Origin: Phoronis australis
Lineage: Eukaryota; Animalia; Phoronida
Direction: 5' to 3'
DNA length: 64,000 bases
Assembly: GCA_002633005.1 (NCBI GenBank)
Contig: NMRA01000843.1
Coordinates: 1-64,000 of the forward strand
The notes beneath the pieces are model-generated. The model was not told the DNA's origin and searched no databases. It was given only the letters and a program-made list of their open reading frames with translations. Positions 37,916 through 50,945 of the stretch are shown here, piece by piece (the first letter of the stretch is position 1; each line of letters starts with the position of its first letter). The translations under genes were made by a program, and so were the position numbers.

Positions 37916-40514
37916 CTAATTGTCAACAGGTAGCGCTTCATACGTAAACAAGCCGGCATGATGGAGGAAGTGTAAATGTGGATATAGTTTGTGGTCAACT
38001 GAAGACAAATCGGTGCTTAATTATGGGGGTATGTTCAAGACGATTTTGACACTGTAGAGAGAAAAATTGGTTCATAAAGATGTTCACAAGGCTAAAAATT
38101 GTTCACAGTCCGCCATCACCTTTCTTTGTTGTAAAGCTAACCAACGACTGCCGAGACTACATCAACTATGACACATGCTGCTGAATGATAACTGCAAGTA
38201 CCTTTCCCCCTAACGGACACGCAGGGAACCAGCGAATGAATTAGTAATTCGTCACGTGCAATCAAAGACAAGTTTACATTGAAATATACCTGTTCCAAAC
38301 ATGTACGTGGTCACTTGATAGAAGTCTGCAACGTAAATTCTTCAAAAGTTGCCTTGCGCCGTGTAGAAAGTCGTACGTCCGTCAATTTGAGATTTTTGAG
38401 TTGGGGTGTGATTGGACTATATGAATTGACTAGACGTATCGTTGAATAATCAAAGTGTAAGTTGATTAAAGAAAACTACGCGTTGGATAAGCTAAAATGC
38501 GCGTTGAGAAAGAGCAGAACGATGGTCGTTTAAGAAACAAAATTATGCGTTGATTTAGCACATTTCGACGCGCAGAAACGTACGCATTTAAGAACATTTT
38601 GATGCTTAATAAGTGTAGATTGGAAACATTCCGGATTAGTCTATATGTTGGACTATTGCAATGGCGTCCGGAGATTGTGTTAGAGATTACAAATGTCATT
38701 TCAACAGGAAGTACTAGAGCTGCAAACGCAATTAACCGTCATGAAACGGAAACGGTATTGTTTTTTCGTCTCTTGAAATACAAGAAATGCATATAACTGC
38801 CATGCTAGCAAAATTCGGAAACCTCTACCGATCATCATGATCTATTGATTGCTCTGATTACGAGTTTGAATTGGATATGATTTTCCGCCAACTAGGAGCA
38901 CTGCTCATCTTCAACATGACAGTACCACCCACCATGACATTGATAACGCGCAACTGACAGTCTATAGACCAAGCAACAACCGTGGCCTTGACTCACGCCG
39001 ACTTCTTGTTTCCTGTCCCCTTTTCATATTATGTCCGTCACGAGGTATGTGGCGTAGCTCCCTCTGGCGATGCTTTAAGTTACAAAACGAATCACCTGGA
39101 GCCTGTGGATATCGTTTTAGATGTGGTATGGTTTCTTAAAACGCTTATTCTTAACTCTGCACGTGAGATATGTTTCTTTGGGTGGTCTGATGATAGCAGT
39201 ACTAGTAGTAATGAGGACCAATATTGACAATGTGGTCGTGATATCAATAACAAAAACAACCAAGTTACTAGCTATGATGATATCGTCTGCGTATCAACTC
39301 ATAAACTGGTTCATTACTTTGTACCTTAAGGAGGTTCTTTATTTCTTCCTTCCAACAGACATCGTAAGCAGTTTTTCTATTCTGTAAAATACGTATTTTA
39401 ATTCAGATTAAAAATTAAAATTAAAATGGGTATTAATTTTAAGTCAAAACTGCACTACACAAAACACTTGACCTCCATATGTATTCATGTTCATACATTT
39501 TGCCGTTTCTGCAAGGTTTCATAGTTTGGAAGTTGAGACAAATCTAAGGCTTAAATCAGTTTCTTGAAGAGACCAGGGTGTGAACCACTTTTGGTTCATG
39601 ACCTACACTTCGATGAGTTGTAAACAAAGCGTATGGATCAGATGACGACGCTGAAAATTGATTATAAGCTACAGAATGACATCATCAACTGAAGTCAACA
39701 CACGCTCTGCATCCTTATCTATTATGGTTAAACATATTTTCAATAGGTTCGACTCATCTGCATGAGGAGGATACATATACTTGAGCACCCCGTCAAAGAC
39801 AGTTGAACTCACGGTTTCCTACAGCTTTGTATTGCATGCATGAGTCTTGTAGAGTAGTTATATTGGAAAATGCCCTGAGGCTTTTGTCTTTAGTTGTTCA
39901 CCCTTGAGTGTAAATAAAACTTGCTGAGTAACATTAGTCAATAACATTATATTATCTACTGCACAAAAAGTGGCTAAACCTTTATCTTTCCAATTCCGTA
40001 TATAGTCTTACAGTTAGCATAGTTTGCCAACAAAGTCTTCCTAAACATGCTAAGAATTATATGGTGACACTTGGCTTACCTCACAGCCCAACTGCCACCT
40101 GCTGGTTTAGTAGTTGATGCAGTTATGTTGTACATCCACCAGATTTAATGAGAAACATAATGTATCAATGTTTTATAATGTTAGGTTGCAAGTCACATTT
40201 CTAGTCTTATTTTGAAAATTTCAAAACCTGACATCGTACACTTTTTGCGAACTATTCCCCTATGCTATTTAAACACTTTCAAAACGAAAATTACAAAAAA
40301 AACTTCTGTCGCCACCAATGTGTTAATGATGAGTCTAATTATCTAGTGACTGATAACATCAGCAGCCTGTGGCGTCCAGACCGATGTAATTGCCTTCAAC
40401 TGCATTGTGTCTTTGATCTTTGCTGCAGACTTTACGGTACGTAAACTGGTCGATACGCCCAATGAAGGTCAAGTGCTACCTGAGATTCCTTTCAAAAAGA
40501 AATTGCATCATTCG

Positions 40515-40800
40515 TTAGATTTTTTTGCATGAAAATATACATATTTTGCCATCGTTTATATTGTTTATATCTTCTTCGAACCTAATAGTCTTCATGTTTG
40601 CCAAACTTTTATCTTCCCGTTTCCGTTCAACGCTATCACGTGGTTTTAACCCAGTCCAAACAAGATGCTTTCCCAACAACCTCTCCCTAAAGAAGTTGTT
40701 ATTCTTTGAATCGCTGTTTTGGGCGAAAATCTCCGAGGTGAGCCTCACTGCGGAATGAACCTTCAAACCCCGCGGTCGAAGCCCAACAATGCTGTCCGGA
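40515..40800 (-). pseudogene. Degenerate coding segment, possibly C-type-lectin-like; paralogous to 43770-44010
   Basis: IFAQNSDSKNNNFFRERLLGKHLVWTGLKPR..CIFSCKK versus IFAPNTDLKK/NFIREM*LGKQHVWTRLKPR. Confidence 0.4.
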
Positions 40801-42654
40801 AATAATTATTCTCTATGAATGATGGACTACGTTAAGAATATTTAAAGTGACGTTATTGGCGAGTAATGTATTTTTTACAATAGTCGCAGCAAGAAATCGA
40901 AAGCAACTGCTCGCCAGTCGCAGTCTAATACCGCCACCGAGCAAAATCTCACTAGTTAAATTTAGTAGCGTGCTTGATTAGTAAAAATACTGGCCCTACT
41001 TTCAGCGGATGTCTGCCCGAAAACAACGAGAATTGGAGACTTCTAACAAAATCACAAAAAACATATTTTGCAGTTATATAGGTATGGTGAAAGCGAAAAT
41101 TAAAGAATTCTGTCTCATCCAACATTTACTGGAGAAACCAGAATATCTGCAAACAACTGAGAATTTGCGACAAAATCACAAGAACACTAAGGATTATGAA
41201 GGAACTTAGAAAATTGTCCAAATTTCTCAACAATCGGAACGATTGGTTATTCTTACAGCTGAACCTGGTCTGCCATCTTTGAGGTAAAACATTCCGAAGT
41301 TACATTATTTGTGGGAATTTTCCTTCACACTACCATTCAATGTAAGTTTTAGAGAAAAAAAATGATATTTTGGACGCAGAATGACGGTTTTGTGTGCACT
41401 CTCGTGACATTATTACGAGACTTATGCTGCAACTGTGCATGGAGAAGAATAAACGGGCTCAAGAACATTTACTGCGCAATGAATATGACGACTTTAATTT
41501 TTGATAATTTTAAATGGATTTCCACATGCTATCAGCAAAAAAATAATTTATGCCCGAGATTATCCCATCACAGAATATATAAATCAAACCACGACAGGAA
41601 CATACACAGTCATCCAATCGGATTTAATATAAGCCACCGGTTTACAACACTTTGAGAGAAGTAATTGAAATTTCAAGTACTTTGTTCCGTCATTTTCTCA
41701 TCTGGTGAGCACTTCGACCACTAAATAATCACCAATTATGAAAATGCCAACATCTTAAAAATTAAAAGTAAGAAGCACCCCAGCCACCGATAAAAGTACA
41801 CGTTGGCCCTAAATCACATTGCTGTAGAAAAAAAACTTATTAACAATATGAAGGAGTTGGCTATAGCAAAAGGACTATCCTTCCATTAGGTCATACATTA
41901 GAGACTGCAAAATGTAACGCAAATAAATATGTTTGATGAAAAACGTCCCCCAAACGTGATTGTTTGTCAGTTGAACATATCTACCAAAATGATTTAGAAC
42001 TTCCATTCTCTGTAGAATTACAAACATGCAGGAAAATGTTATGTCCAAGAACTCAGAATCACATAATTTCAAACCCAAAACTGTACTACTCATCACATGG
42101 TTGAATTTCACCAAACATATCGAAATTATTACGATTCGATTTATTTTCCGTTGTAACATGAAGTTAGTGTTAAGAACTTTGACCTAGACTCATCCTTTGT
42201 GAAGATATGAATATCTTCGTCTATTTATTTTGGTGTTTACATTTTTTACTTCTAAATCTATAGAAACGCACGTCTGGCGGAAAGTTTTGACCAAAACGTT
42301 TATTGCATATGGTGCACTATGACTTAAAATCGATTTACTGAAGGTATGAATATTTTTGTTGATCTAAGTGACTTTTTGTGTATGTGTTTCCATGGAAACG
42401 CACATCTAGAAGAGTGTTTTGACCAAAACTTTTTATTGCATATGTTTTTGATGCACTGTGTCGAGAACTATGTCCTTGTAGCCGAAATGAGATGGTCCTG
42501 TGAGGGGTAAACAAAATTTATTGACTGGATTCCAGACTAAAATGTTTACTTTATTTTTATTTCTGTGTTCAAGACCCGCTTTACGATACACTGTGATTTG
42601 CAGTCTTGTCACTTTTATTTCATTGACGACCCTCGTATCAAGAAAATGTAAAGA

Positions 42655-42868
42655 CGAAAATCTACAACTGGTGGTACTTGGTGATGATCAAACGAGAGGA
42701 AAATCTACAACTGTTAGTACTTGGTGATGATCAAACGAGAGGAAAATCTACAACTGGTGGTACTTGGTGGTGATCAAACGAGAGGAAAATCTACAACTGG
42801 TGGTACTTGGTGGTGATCAAACGAGAGGAAAATCTACAACTGTTAGAACTTGGTGATGATCAAACGAA
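42655..42868. repeat. 43-bp minisatellite, ~5 copies
   Basis: Unit acgagaggaaaatctacaactggtggtacttggtgatgatcaa. Confidence 0.95.
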
Positions 42869-42939
42869 TTTAATATCTTACATGAGATTCGACACTTCCA
42901 TTGAAGTTGCGAATAGAAATAGAAATTTCAACGAAATAT

Positions 42940-43180
42940 TTAAATAATCGAGTTTTACACGATTTTGATGTGCGAACCACAGACTGGCGGTAGAAACTAG
43001 TCGTCACGTAAATGTGATATATCAAGACAGAGTGTGTGCATTATGCTCGAGGAATTGTGTTGAGGAGGAATATCACTTTTTGTTAGTTTGCGACGCATTT
43101 TCCGAAATCAGAGTTAAGTTTATAAATGAGAGTCTCTGGACAAGTCCCTCTTTGTTTAAATTTCAGACTTTTATGTAATC
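42940..43180 (+). mobile_element. 3' fragment of a non-LTR retrotransposon ORF2 (CCHC zinc motif)
   Basis: TRF*CANHRLAVETSRH..DRVCALCSRNCVEEEYHFLLVCDAFSEIR. Confidence 0.8.
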
Positions 43181-43769
43181 CCGATATCTCAGTTGTGAAA
43201 TATGTACACTACGGATCTAAAAAACGGAACAGCTTGTGTATTACTGACTAGTGTGCATAACACTCCAATGATCTTGTTTGCTTGTTTGTTGTACTTTGGG
43301 CCGATGGCCATGTGTACAAATAAAGGAACGAACGATAATCGATTTATTGTTAATACTCAAAAAGGAACGATTTTGACTGATCCTCATAGTGATCAACACA
43401 TTTTGTGAGGGGATTATTTTGTATTTCACTGGCAGCTGCCACACCAGCGAATTTATTTGCGGGATACATTGTCGTCGCCCAGATGAGTATAGAGTCCTAT
43501 TTACTGTCGCTGCTCGAGACACAAAAGGCTTGTACCTAACCGATTTGCGAGAATGTGAGTGTTTTGGAAAGAAATGTTCGAGTTTCTAATCAAACACGCA
43601 TCCGATACATTAGGAATGTCACTACCATTAGCCATATTGCCAGTTTATTGGACATACACACGTTGCAATCCTGTAACTACCCTTGTTGTAAAAAGTACAA
43701 CGCTTTGCGTTGAGAATGACTTCCAAAAAGCTTCCCCAATAACTAAATTTTAAATAAACTATACAAATG

Positions 43770-44310
43770 CCATTCTTTGATCTTTCGGTCATTAATTTTC
43801 TCATCAGGTATATCGTCTACATCCACGTCACACAATTTCCCCGAAACTTTTCCATTCCTATCAACGCTATGACGCGGTTTTAACCTCGTCCACACATGTT
43901 GCTTTCCTAACTACATCTCCCTGATAAAATTTTATTTTTCTTTAAATCGGTATTTGGGGCAAAAATATCGATAATCTTGTCGTCGGATGTGATCCTACCC
44001 ACGTGCTGCTCAAACAGATATATATCTAACTTCTTTACAGATAATTCATTCATCACAAAATGTCACAGTTTCACAATCACTGTACTATAGCTAACACAAG
44101 TTACTGTTTGTGCATTCGTGGTGTGCTATTTGAATCGCTATTGGTGAGAAATATGATTTTCCTGAAGATACGTCCCAGACTGGCTGGAACCATCATGTTA
44201 GCAGCCAAGTGCTTTGCTGGCCATTTAAACCACACCTGGTCAAAGTATTCTACGCAAATGTTAGCCAGACAACGGCGAAATTCACTATTTGTAATAAAAT
44301 CGCAATCATA
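43770..44310 (-). pseudogene. Decayed paralog of 40515-40800, preceded by a signal-peptide-like and Cys-rich decayed frame
   Basis: Nucleotide match 'tcaacgctat.acg.ggttttaacc..gtcca.aca..' to 40626-40680; upstream frame MIAILLQIVNFAVVWLTFA* contains several stops. Confidence 0.35.
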
Positions 44311-47300
44311 TAAATAAAGAACCATAATTGATTGCGGTATCTGCAAACACAACGCATCTCGTTTTATAAATCCGGTCAAACCTAATGACGTCTATCCAAT
44401 CAAATAATAGTTCCAAAAATACATTTTCTTTTAACAATAAAAAATCAACAACATTGGAAACAGGATAGGGACAGTTATACTCTGTAGTTCTAGTTCATTT
44501 CCAACATCTCAAAAACAGCAGCACCGAGTTTTAACAGCGGCTTTAATAACACATTATCGTCGAGAAAAGTGATTTTCTGAGATAAGCATCTGCTTGGAAT
44601 CTACTGTCAACAACCGTGGTAGCAATGTTACCCTCTGCTGGTGCAATTTCGTTGTTTCTCACATCAAAAATAACTACTATTACCGCACATGCGCGAAAGT
44701 ATACCCATGCTTCTTAAGCCTTGCAATAGTACGTTAGTGGAAACGTTTCGCAAATAGGTGCATGTGCTTTAGCTTCACTAGTAGGTGCAGGTGCCTATCC
44801 TTTCTTAAACTTGGTGTTTTTACTTCGTTTTTTTCGTCAGTTCTCAGTACTTTTTATTCAATAGTTGATACACCTCAACGTCTTCCACTTTGTATAGGAA
44901 AAGTGTACTTTACACAAAGGCACATGTTCCTAAATGCCCGCATAGGCGGCAACCGAAACAGTAAAGATCATCAACTGTACTTATGGTACTGGGGCAGCTT
45001 TTTTTAAATCGATACTTTCAAAAAATCATAATGTGGGTCTCGTTCATGTGACCGACAGCTAGGGAATGATCGAGGGGTGGTGCACTGGAAGCGCCTGACA
45101 GGCACCGACGCGGTTCATCAAAGTTATTTTTCCTGCGTTTGGACGAAGCTTCAACAATTGACAGGTGATCTGATGAGACCGATTTGAACATCAGAACTAT
45201 CAAGAATTGACAGTATGTAATAAATTCACCTTGTTTTATAAATCTGGTGAAAGTGCATGACTTCACATAAACCAGCCAGCATATAACCATCTGTCAGTGT
45301 AGCGGTTGATAGTGAACGGGTCCCAAGTCAATACATCTAGTGTCACTTTTGCGAAATTAACATCGAGAACAGTGTATGGTACAGAAACACCAGTCACAAT
45401 GAAACCTGCGTTAACCAACCCATTTCATGAATAACATTTTTAGGCCGAAATGACTTGTCCAGTAATTAGGTGAAAATAAAAGTGCACCGAAATGGTTTTT
45501 AAAAAAGTAGGACATCTTTGATGAAATATTTCGGTTGAATGAATACTTCCTCTAACTAAATGTATCTTGTGACTACTGCTCACAAAACTGTACATTCATT
45601 TCCATGTGCACCGTCTTTTCATTCTCCAATGTTGGCAACTTTGGAAACGTTCCTAAATAACTTGAATTTCTTTTTGCTCATATCGTATGTGATACATATA
45701 AATGAAATATTTGGAGTGGTGTTTGACGCAGGTAATTTGGAGTGATATGTTCGACACAGGCAATTTCTTATAAAGTGGCAGCCCACACACATTTAGTCCA
45801 GACATAATCAAGATTTACCAAAAAGGCACCTTGTACGACAAAGGAAGGATATCGAGGGTCTTTGTTTTCAAACAAACAGGTGAAATACAATTTCACAATT
45901 TTAGAAGTGTTCGCAACTAACGGATCAAACTGGTTCACATTACAGGAAGATGACATCAGTGAAAATAAAAATACGACACGATAGTTTGAGCTAAGTGAAG
46001 CAGACGAAAGTCGAAAACATGGTAATGTTTCTTGCAACTAAATTCACGCAATAATCATTAACAAATTAGCTTCTAAACACCATTTAAAAGAACCTACACA
46101 CATATCTTGGATTTACAGTGGACCAGAAAAGAAGATTGCCGCACGTAAATTAGTTTTACAAAGATCTGCTTTTTAAGGTTTAGTGCGCGCAGGCTTCTGA
46201 TATAGTGAAAAAACGATTTTCCTTTCGAAGGTTGAACTTTGACCAATTCAGCCTGTCAGACGATTGTCTGTGTGGGTTTGTTTAAAAGGTAGCTATGCTT
46301 TGAAGTTGTGCGTAGATGGAGAGTGAATAATCAAATCCAGTAATTAATTTATTATATGATAACCCCTAATTAGACAAATGAAACCTATTGTTAATTAATA
46401 ATCAACTACAAAGAGAAACTACGCTAGCGCCCTCTTTAAAAGATTACTTTAATCAAACAACCAAACGATCAAATGTCTTATCTGCTATCCACGCTAGGAC
46501 TCTCCACTTGTTGGATGTCTGTCCTGTTGGTGAATCTTCGAACTACACACACTGTAAAGCGACAGTGTACTTGTTGGTCACCGTCTTTGGTGATTCAACA
46601 CTTGCAGGCAATTTCTTCTACCCGCTACTCTTCTTGCTGGTCACAGTCTCTGGCTGATGACGCAACACTTCAGGTAGTATCTTACTACCCACAATGCAAG
46701 TGACAAGCTCTTAGTTAACTTCCGGTTCGTTAACCCTTGCCCTTGCCTTTCTAGAATCTTCCACGAGATGGCTCTGTCGTACAACTGCTTCTGTACACTG
46801 TAGCAAGTCTTTATGCTTCAACTACTTTAGCGCATCTGATTATCTTGCTGATTTCAGCCCATAATATAACATTCTACTTATTTAGTGATTGGCTAATAAA
46901 AACCACATGATCATATCCACTCGTATTATTGGCTGTTACAATTTGTTCACAGAATATTCTAGAATCTCTAGAGTACTTTGACCCCAGAACCCAAAGTTGT
47001 AAACACCATCTAAAAATAGATTTTGACGTTAAAATACATGTCAACAAGTCTGACCCCATGATTTAAAAGTACATATGCACAAATTTTGGGCAACTTAAAA
47101 TGGATCTATTCTCACTAATTACTTAATCAATATTTATTCTGACACAGCCCTAGATTACCCCGTTACAGTATATATAAATCAGCCCATGGCAGGAACATAC
47201 ACAGTTATACAGTCAGATTAAATGTAAATCACGGGGTTACAAAATAACCCGCTATATTAAAGAAAACAGGCCTAAAAATCTTTAGGGAGATTTCCTAAAT

Positions 47301-47607
47301 GCACGTCAAATTCCTTGCACAGTTCTGATTTAAAACCTGAATATTTTATAAGTAATGAGATGAGAAAATCTAAATTTGTGCCTGGTGTGGGCGATTTATT
47401 GCGTTCTTGGTCTGTTTTTAGATGATGTCGCAATGTTACGACAATTGACTTGACGTGTTTTACTGAGTGTTCTGGGAAGGTACATACAGTAAAGAAACGA
47501 CTTCCTGTATAGCTTCATCTAAGAGGTAGATCATTTTGATGAGATATTTATGTTCAATGAATTCCTCGAACTCGATGTTCATATAAATACATTTATTGCG
47601 GTATGAA

Positions 47608-50600
47608 TTAAACACGGAGTCCAACACTCTTTACGGCAGTCACGTCACAGCGGCCTTTAATGATTAGAAGCTTCACCACCGCTGCGTGTCCTACCTCTGA
47701 CGCCATGTGTAGCGGTGTGTCACCCCACTACAGCAAGTTGATCAGCATTATATATAGCGAAATGGGTGGCTCAACAGGGCGTCACGTTTTATATTTTTCA
47801 AATTTAAAACGTCACCATCATTTGCATATTTATGACATCGGTGGATCAACAGAGCGTGACCACAACCTGACGTTTGAACTGCACACAACTTGAGCGAGAT
47901 TTCTTAAATGTTCGTCTGATGTGTTGTAGTCGCGCATTGAAAACATAATTTTAAGTATGACAACTTGATGTTATATATTACAACACAGACATTCATTTAG
48001 TGAGTACTGTGGAAATGCAAGTAAATACTCATTGTACAACTCCATGTGACCTGGGCCCAGTCTCAAATCTTTTTACTCGAAATGGAACTCGAAATTATGT
48101 TTGGCATGTTTTACTCTACTTTTGTGCGAATTCAAGATAAGTGGCTATTTTTCTATGCTCAAGTGCACAATGACTTACTTGGATAATTTATGAATCCTAG
48201 TATGCAGTTCATAAACCCACCAACAACAATAAAGCTAAAAGTTCGAATTTAAACTCGAAAATTTCGAGTTTTTGCTGGACTTTGTAGCACGAATGTCAGG
48301 GTCTTCAAGTGCAAAGTTGGATTAGAAACTCATACGCATAAACTATACTCATTCGACCACTGTCTGATAACCACTTATATTGAGAGTTGAGTTCTTACAA
48401 AAGGAGCTGAGAAACTGCCAAAATCTTGAGTTCGTTTCAAGTACAAAGATTAGAGACCGGGCCCAGGACCTGAAAACTGTTTCTAAATACTTAAAACCGC
48501 GAGCAAGTCACGTCACGTGCACGTCACGTGGAGTGCAAGGAGAAATATCAAAATTACAATGAAATCATCAATGGTGATTGATTAATTAAATCACCAATGA
48601 TTCAGCCTAGTCACGTGTTGTGCGTTCAACATCGTTGTGTAAACAAACAGTTCAATCAAACAACCCGTGTGTCATTAATTACCTCAGTGCGGACATTCAC
48701 GTTGGCCCCGTGTTGGAGGAGACACTCCACTGTCTGTGTATGACCATACCCTGCTGCCCAGTGCAGCGGTGTCCAGCCCTCCTATGTAATATATAATGGA
48801 GATGTGTGAATGGACGATCAACGTTTGGAGCTTATTAACATACACAGGGGGAAAGTGAACTTGTAAGGTGACATAAATGAAACATCACTGACCCCTCCAA
48901 GGTGCTAATACTTGTAATGATGTCAACAGGGAAATGTTAAGTTTTACAACAAAACAACAGGTAACACAGGTAAGTCACACTGCATTGTCTACGCAGCTTT
49001 GGTGGTTCACGAACGGAAGGCAGACGACATTTAATTTGACATTGTTTGGGGGCATTAAATTGTAAAAATATCAACAAAATTTGTCGTCATCAGTTTTAAA
49101 CATCGTTTGTGTAATCAACTAGATCAACCAAACAACTTGTGTGTCATTAATTACCTTATCACGGACATTCACTGTGGCGCTGTGTTCAACTAGACACTTC
49201 ACTGTCTGTGTATGACCACGCCCTACTGCACAGTGCAGCGGTGTCATGCCCTCCTATGTAATATATAATGGAGATGTGTGAATGGACGATCAACGTTTAG
49301 AGCTAATTAACATACACGGGAGAAAGTGAACTTGTAAGGTGACATAAATGAAACATTACTGACCCCTCTAAGGTGCTAATACTTGTAACGATGTCAACAG
49401 GGAAATGTTAAGTTTAAGAACAAAACAACAGAACCTGGTTAGTGTTTCGTTTCTCTTTACTGGGCGGTAACACCTGTAGTAATTGTGCGCTGTAACGTGT
49501 TGGACAACCCCAGTGTAATGTATGTCTAGTGCTAACGAATTAGGGGTACTTTAATTACCTTATATATCATTTACCTGTACAGGTAAGTCATACTGCATTG
49601 TCTCTACCAGTCTACGCACTTTTGGCGATTCTCAATCAAATCTCGAATGGAAAGCAGACGACATTTAATTTGACATTGTTTAGGGACATTAAATTGTGAA
49701 AAATCAACAAAATTTGTCGTCATCAGTTTTAAACATCGTTTGTGTAATCAATTACATCAACCAAACAACCGGTGTGTCATTAAATACCTTATCACAGACA
49801 TTCACTGTGGCGCTGTGTTCAACTAGACACTCCACTGTCTGTGTATGACCACACCCTGCTGCCCAGTGCAGCGGTGTCTGGCCCAACTATGTAATATATA
49901 ATGGAGATGTGTGAATGGACGATCAACGTTTAGAGCTAATTAACATACACGGGGGAAAGTGAACTTGTAAGGTGACATAAATGAAACATTACTGACCCCT
50001 CTAAGGTGCTAATACTTGTAATGATGTCAACAGGGAAATGTTAAGTTTTACAACCAAACAACAGGTAACACAGGTAAGTCACAATGCATTGTCTCTACCA
50101 GTCTACGCAGCTTTGGTGGTTCATGAACGGAAAGCAGACGACATTTAATTTGACATTGTTTAGGGGCATTAAATTGCAAAAATACGAACAAAATTTGTTC
50201 TTCTTCAGTTTTAAACATCGTTTGTGTAATCAACTACATCAACCAAATAACCTGTGTGTCATTAATTACCTGAGTAGTGATATTCACTGTGGCGCTGTGT
50301 TCAACTAGGCACTTCACTATCTCTGTATTACCACACGCTGCTGCATAGTGCAGCGGTGTCATCCCCAACTATGTAATATATAATGGAGATGTGTGAATGG
50401 ACGATCAACGTTTAGAGCTTATTAACATACACGGGGGAAAGTGAACTTGTAAGGTGACATAAATGAAACATTACTGACCCCTCTAAGAAGGCTATAATAC
50501 TTGTAACGATTTCAACAGTCAAGTTTTACAGGTGATTTTAAAACGTTGCAATAATAACATGGTGCAGACGTGGACTGCCAGAAATTACTAAGCGCCTCCA

Positions 50601-50945
50601 TAACTTGACAGCGACCCCTCCATGTTGTGTTTATGCTCCGGTTTAGTGGCTTCCTGTTTAATGTAAAGTTGTAATGTTGAATGGACGATTGCCATGAAGA
50701 ATAAAAAAGTATCAACGTTAAGTTGACATATATATTGTTGACACGATTCAAACCTCACTGTTTCTTAACATGCATGTACCCTACAGCTTTTGTAATAAAG
50801 ATAACATGGCCTTATTATCAAAATTGTATCAAGTACTTTCTATTACCTTGTCTCGCATGTCTACATCGGCCCCACCCTGTAACAATACCCAAACCACTTC
50901 TGTGTTGCCCCGCCATGCTGCTTCGTGTAGTGGGGTCTCGCGGTC
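47608..50945 (-). CDS. Ankyrin-repeat protein, one repeat per exon: 50945-50847, 50368-50270, 49886-49788, 49253-49155, 48781-48683, 47727-47608; 5' exon(s) not located
   Basis: Five 99-nt phase-0 AG/GT exons: DRETPLHEAAWRGNTEVVWVLLQGGADVDMRDK; LGMTPLHYAAACGNTEIVKCLVEHSATVNITTQ; LGQTPLHWAAGCGHTQTVECLVEHSATVNVCDK; EGMTPLHCAVGRGHTQTVKCLVEHSATVNVRDK; EGWTPLHWAAGYGHTQTVECLLQHGANVNVRTE; last exon WGDTPLHMASEVGHAAVVKLLIIKGRCDV.. reads to TAA followed by AATAAA. Confidence 0.92.
48050..48467. mobile_element. PIF/Harbinger-like MITE in an ankyrin-gene intron
   Basis: ~45-bp imperfect TIRs cctgggcccagtctcaaatcttt..actcgaaatggaactc / gagttcgtttcaagtacaaagattagagaccgggcccagg; CWG-type flanks. Confidence 0.75.
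48655..50515. repeat. Tandem array of ~480-bp exon+intron cassettes (4 units; unit 2 has a ~150-bp insertion)
   Basis: 'aaa(c/t)aac..gtgtgtcattaa.tacc' recurs at ~48657, 49130, 49763 and 50244; introns nearly identical. Confidence 0.95.

Noticed and set aside
24308-42868. 38-, 25-, 21- and 43-bp arrays as CRISPR arrays
   Set aside because: Head-to-tail repeats with no unique spacers, no cas genes, and a eukaryotic context
46455-46800. Purine-rich minus-strand stretch as a further exon of the ankyrin gene
   Set aside because: The most coding-like frame has several stops and no recognisable domain
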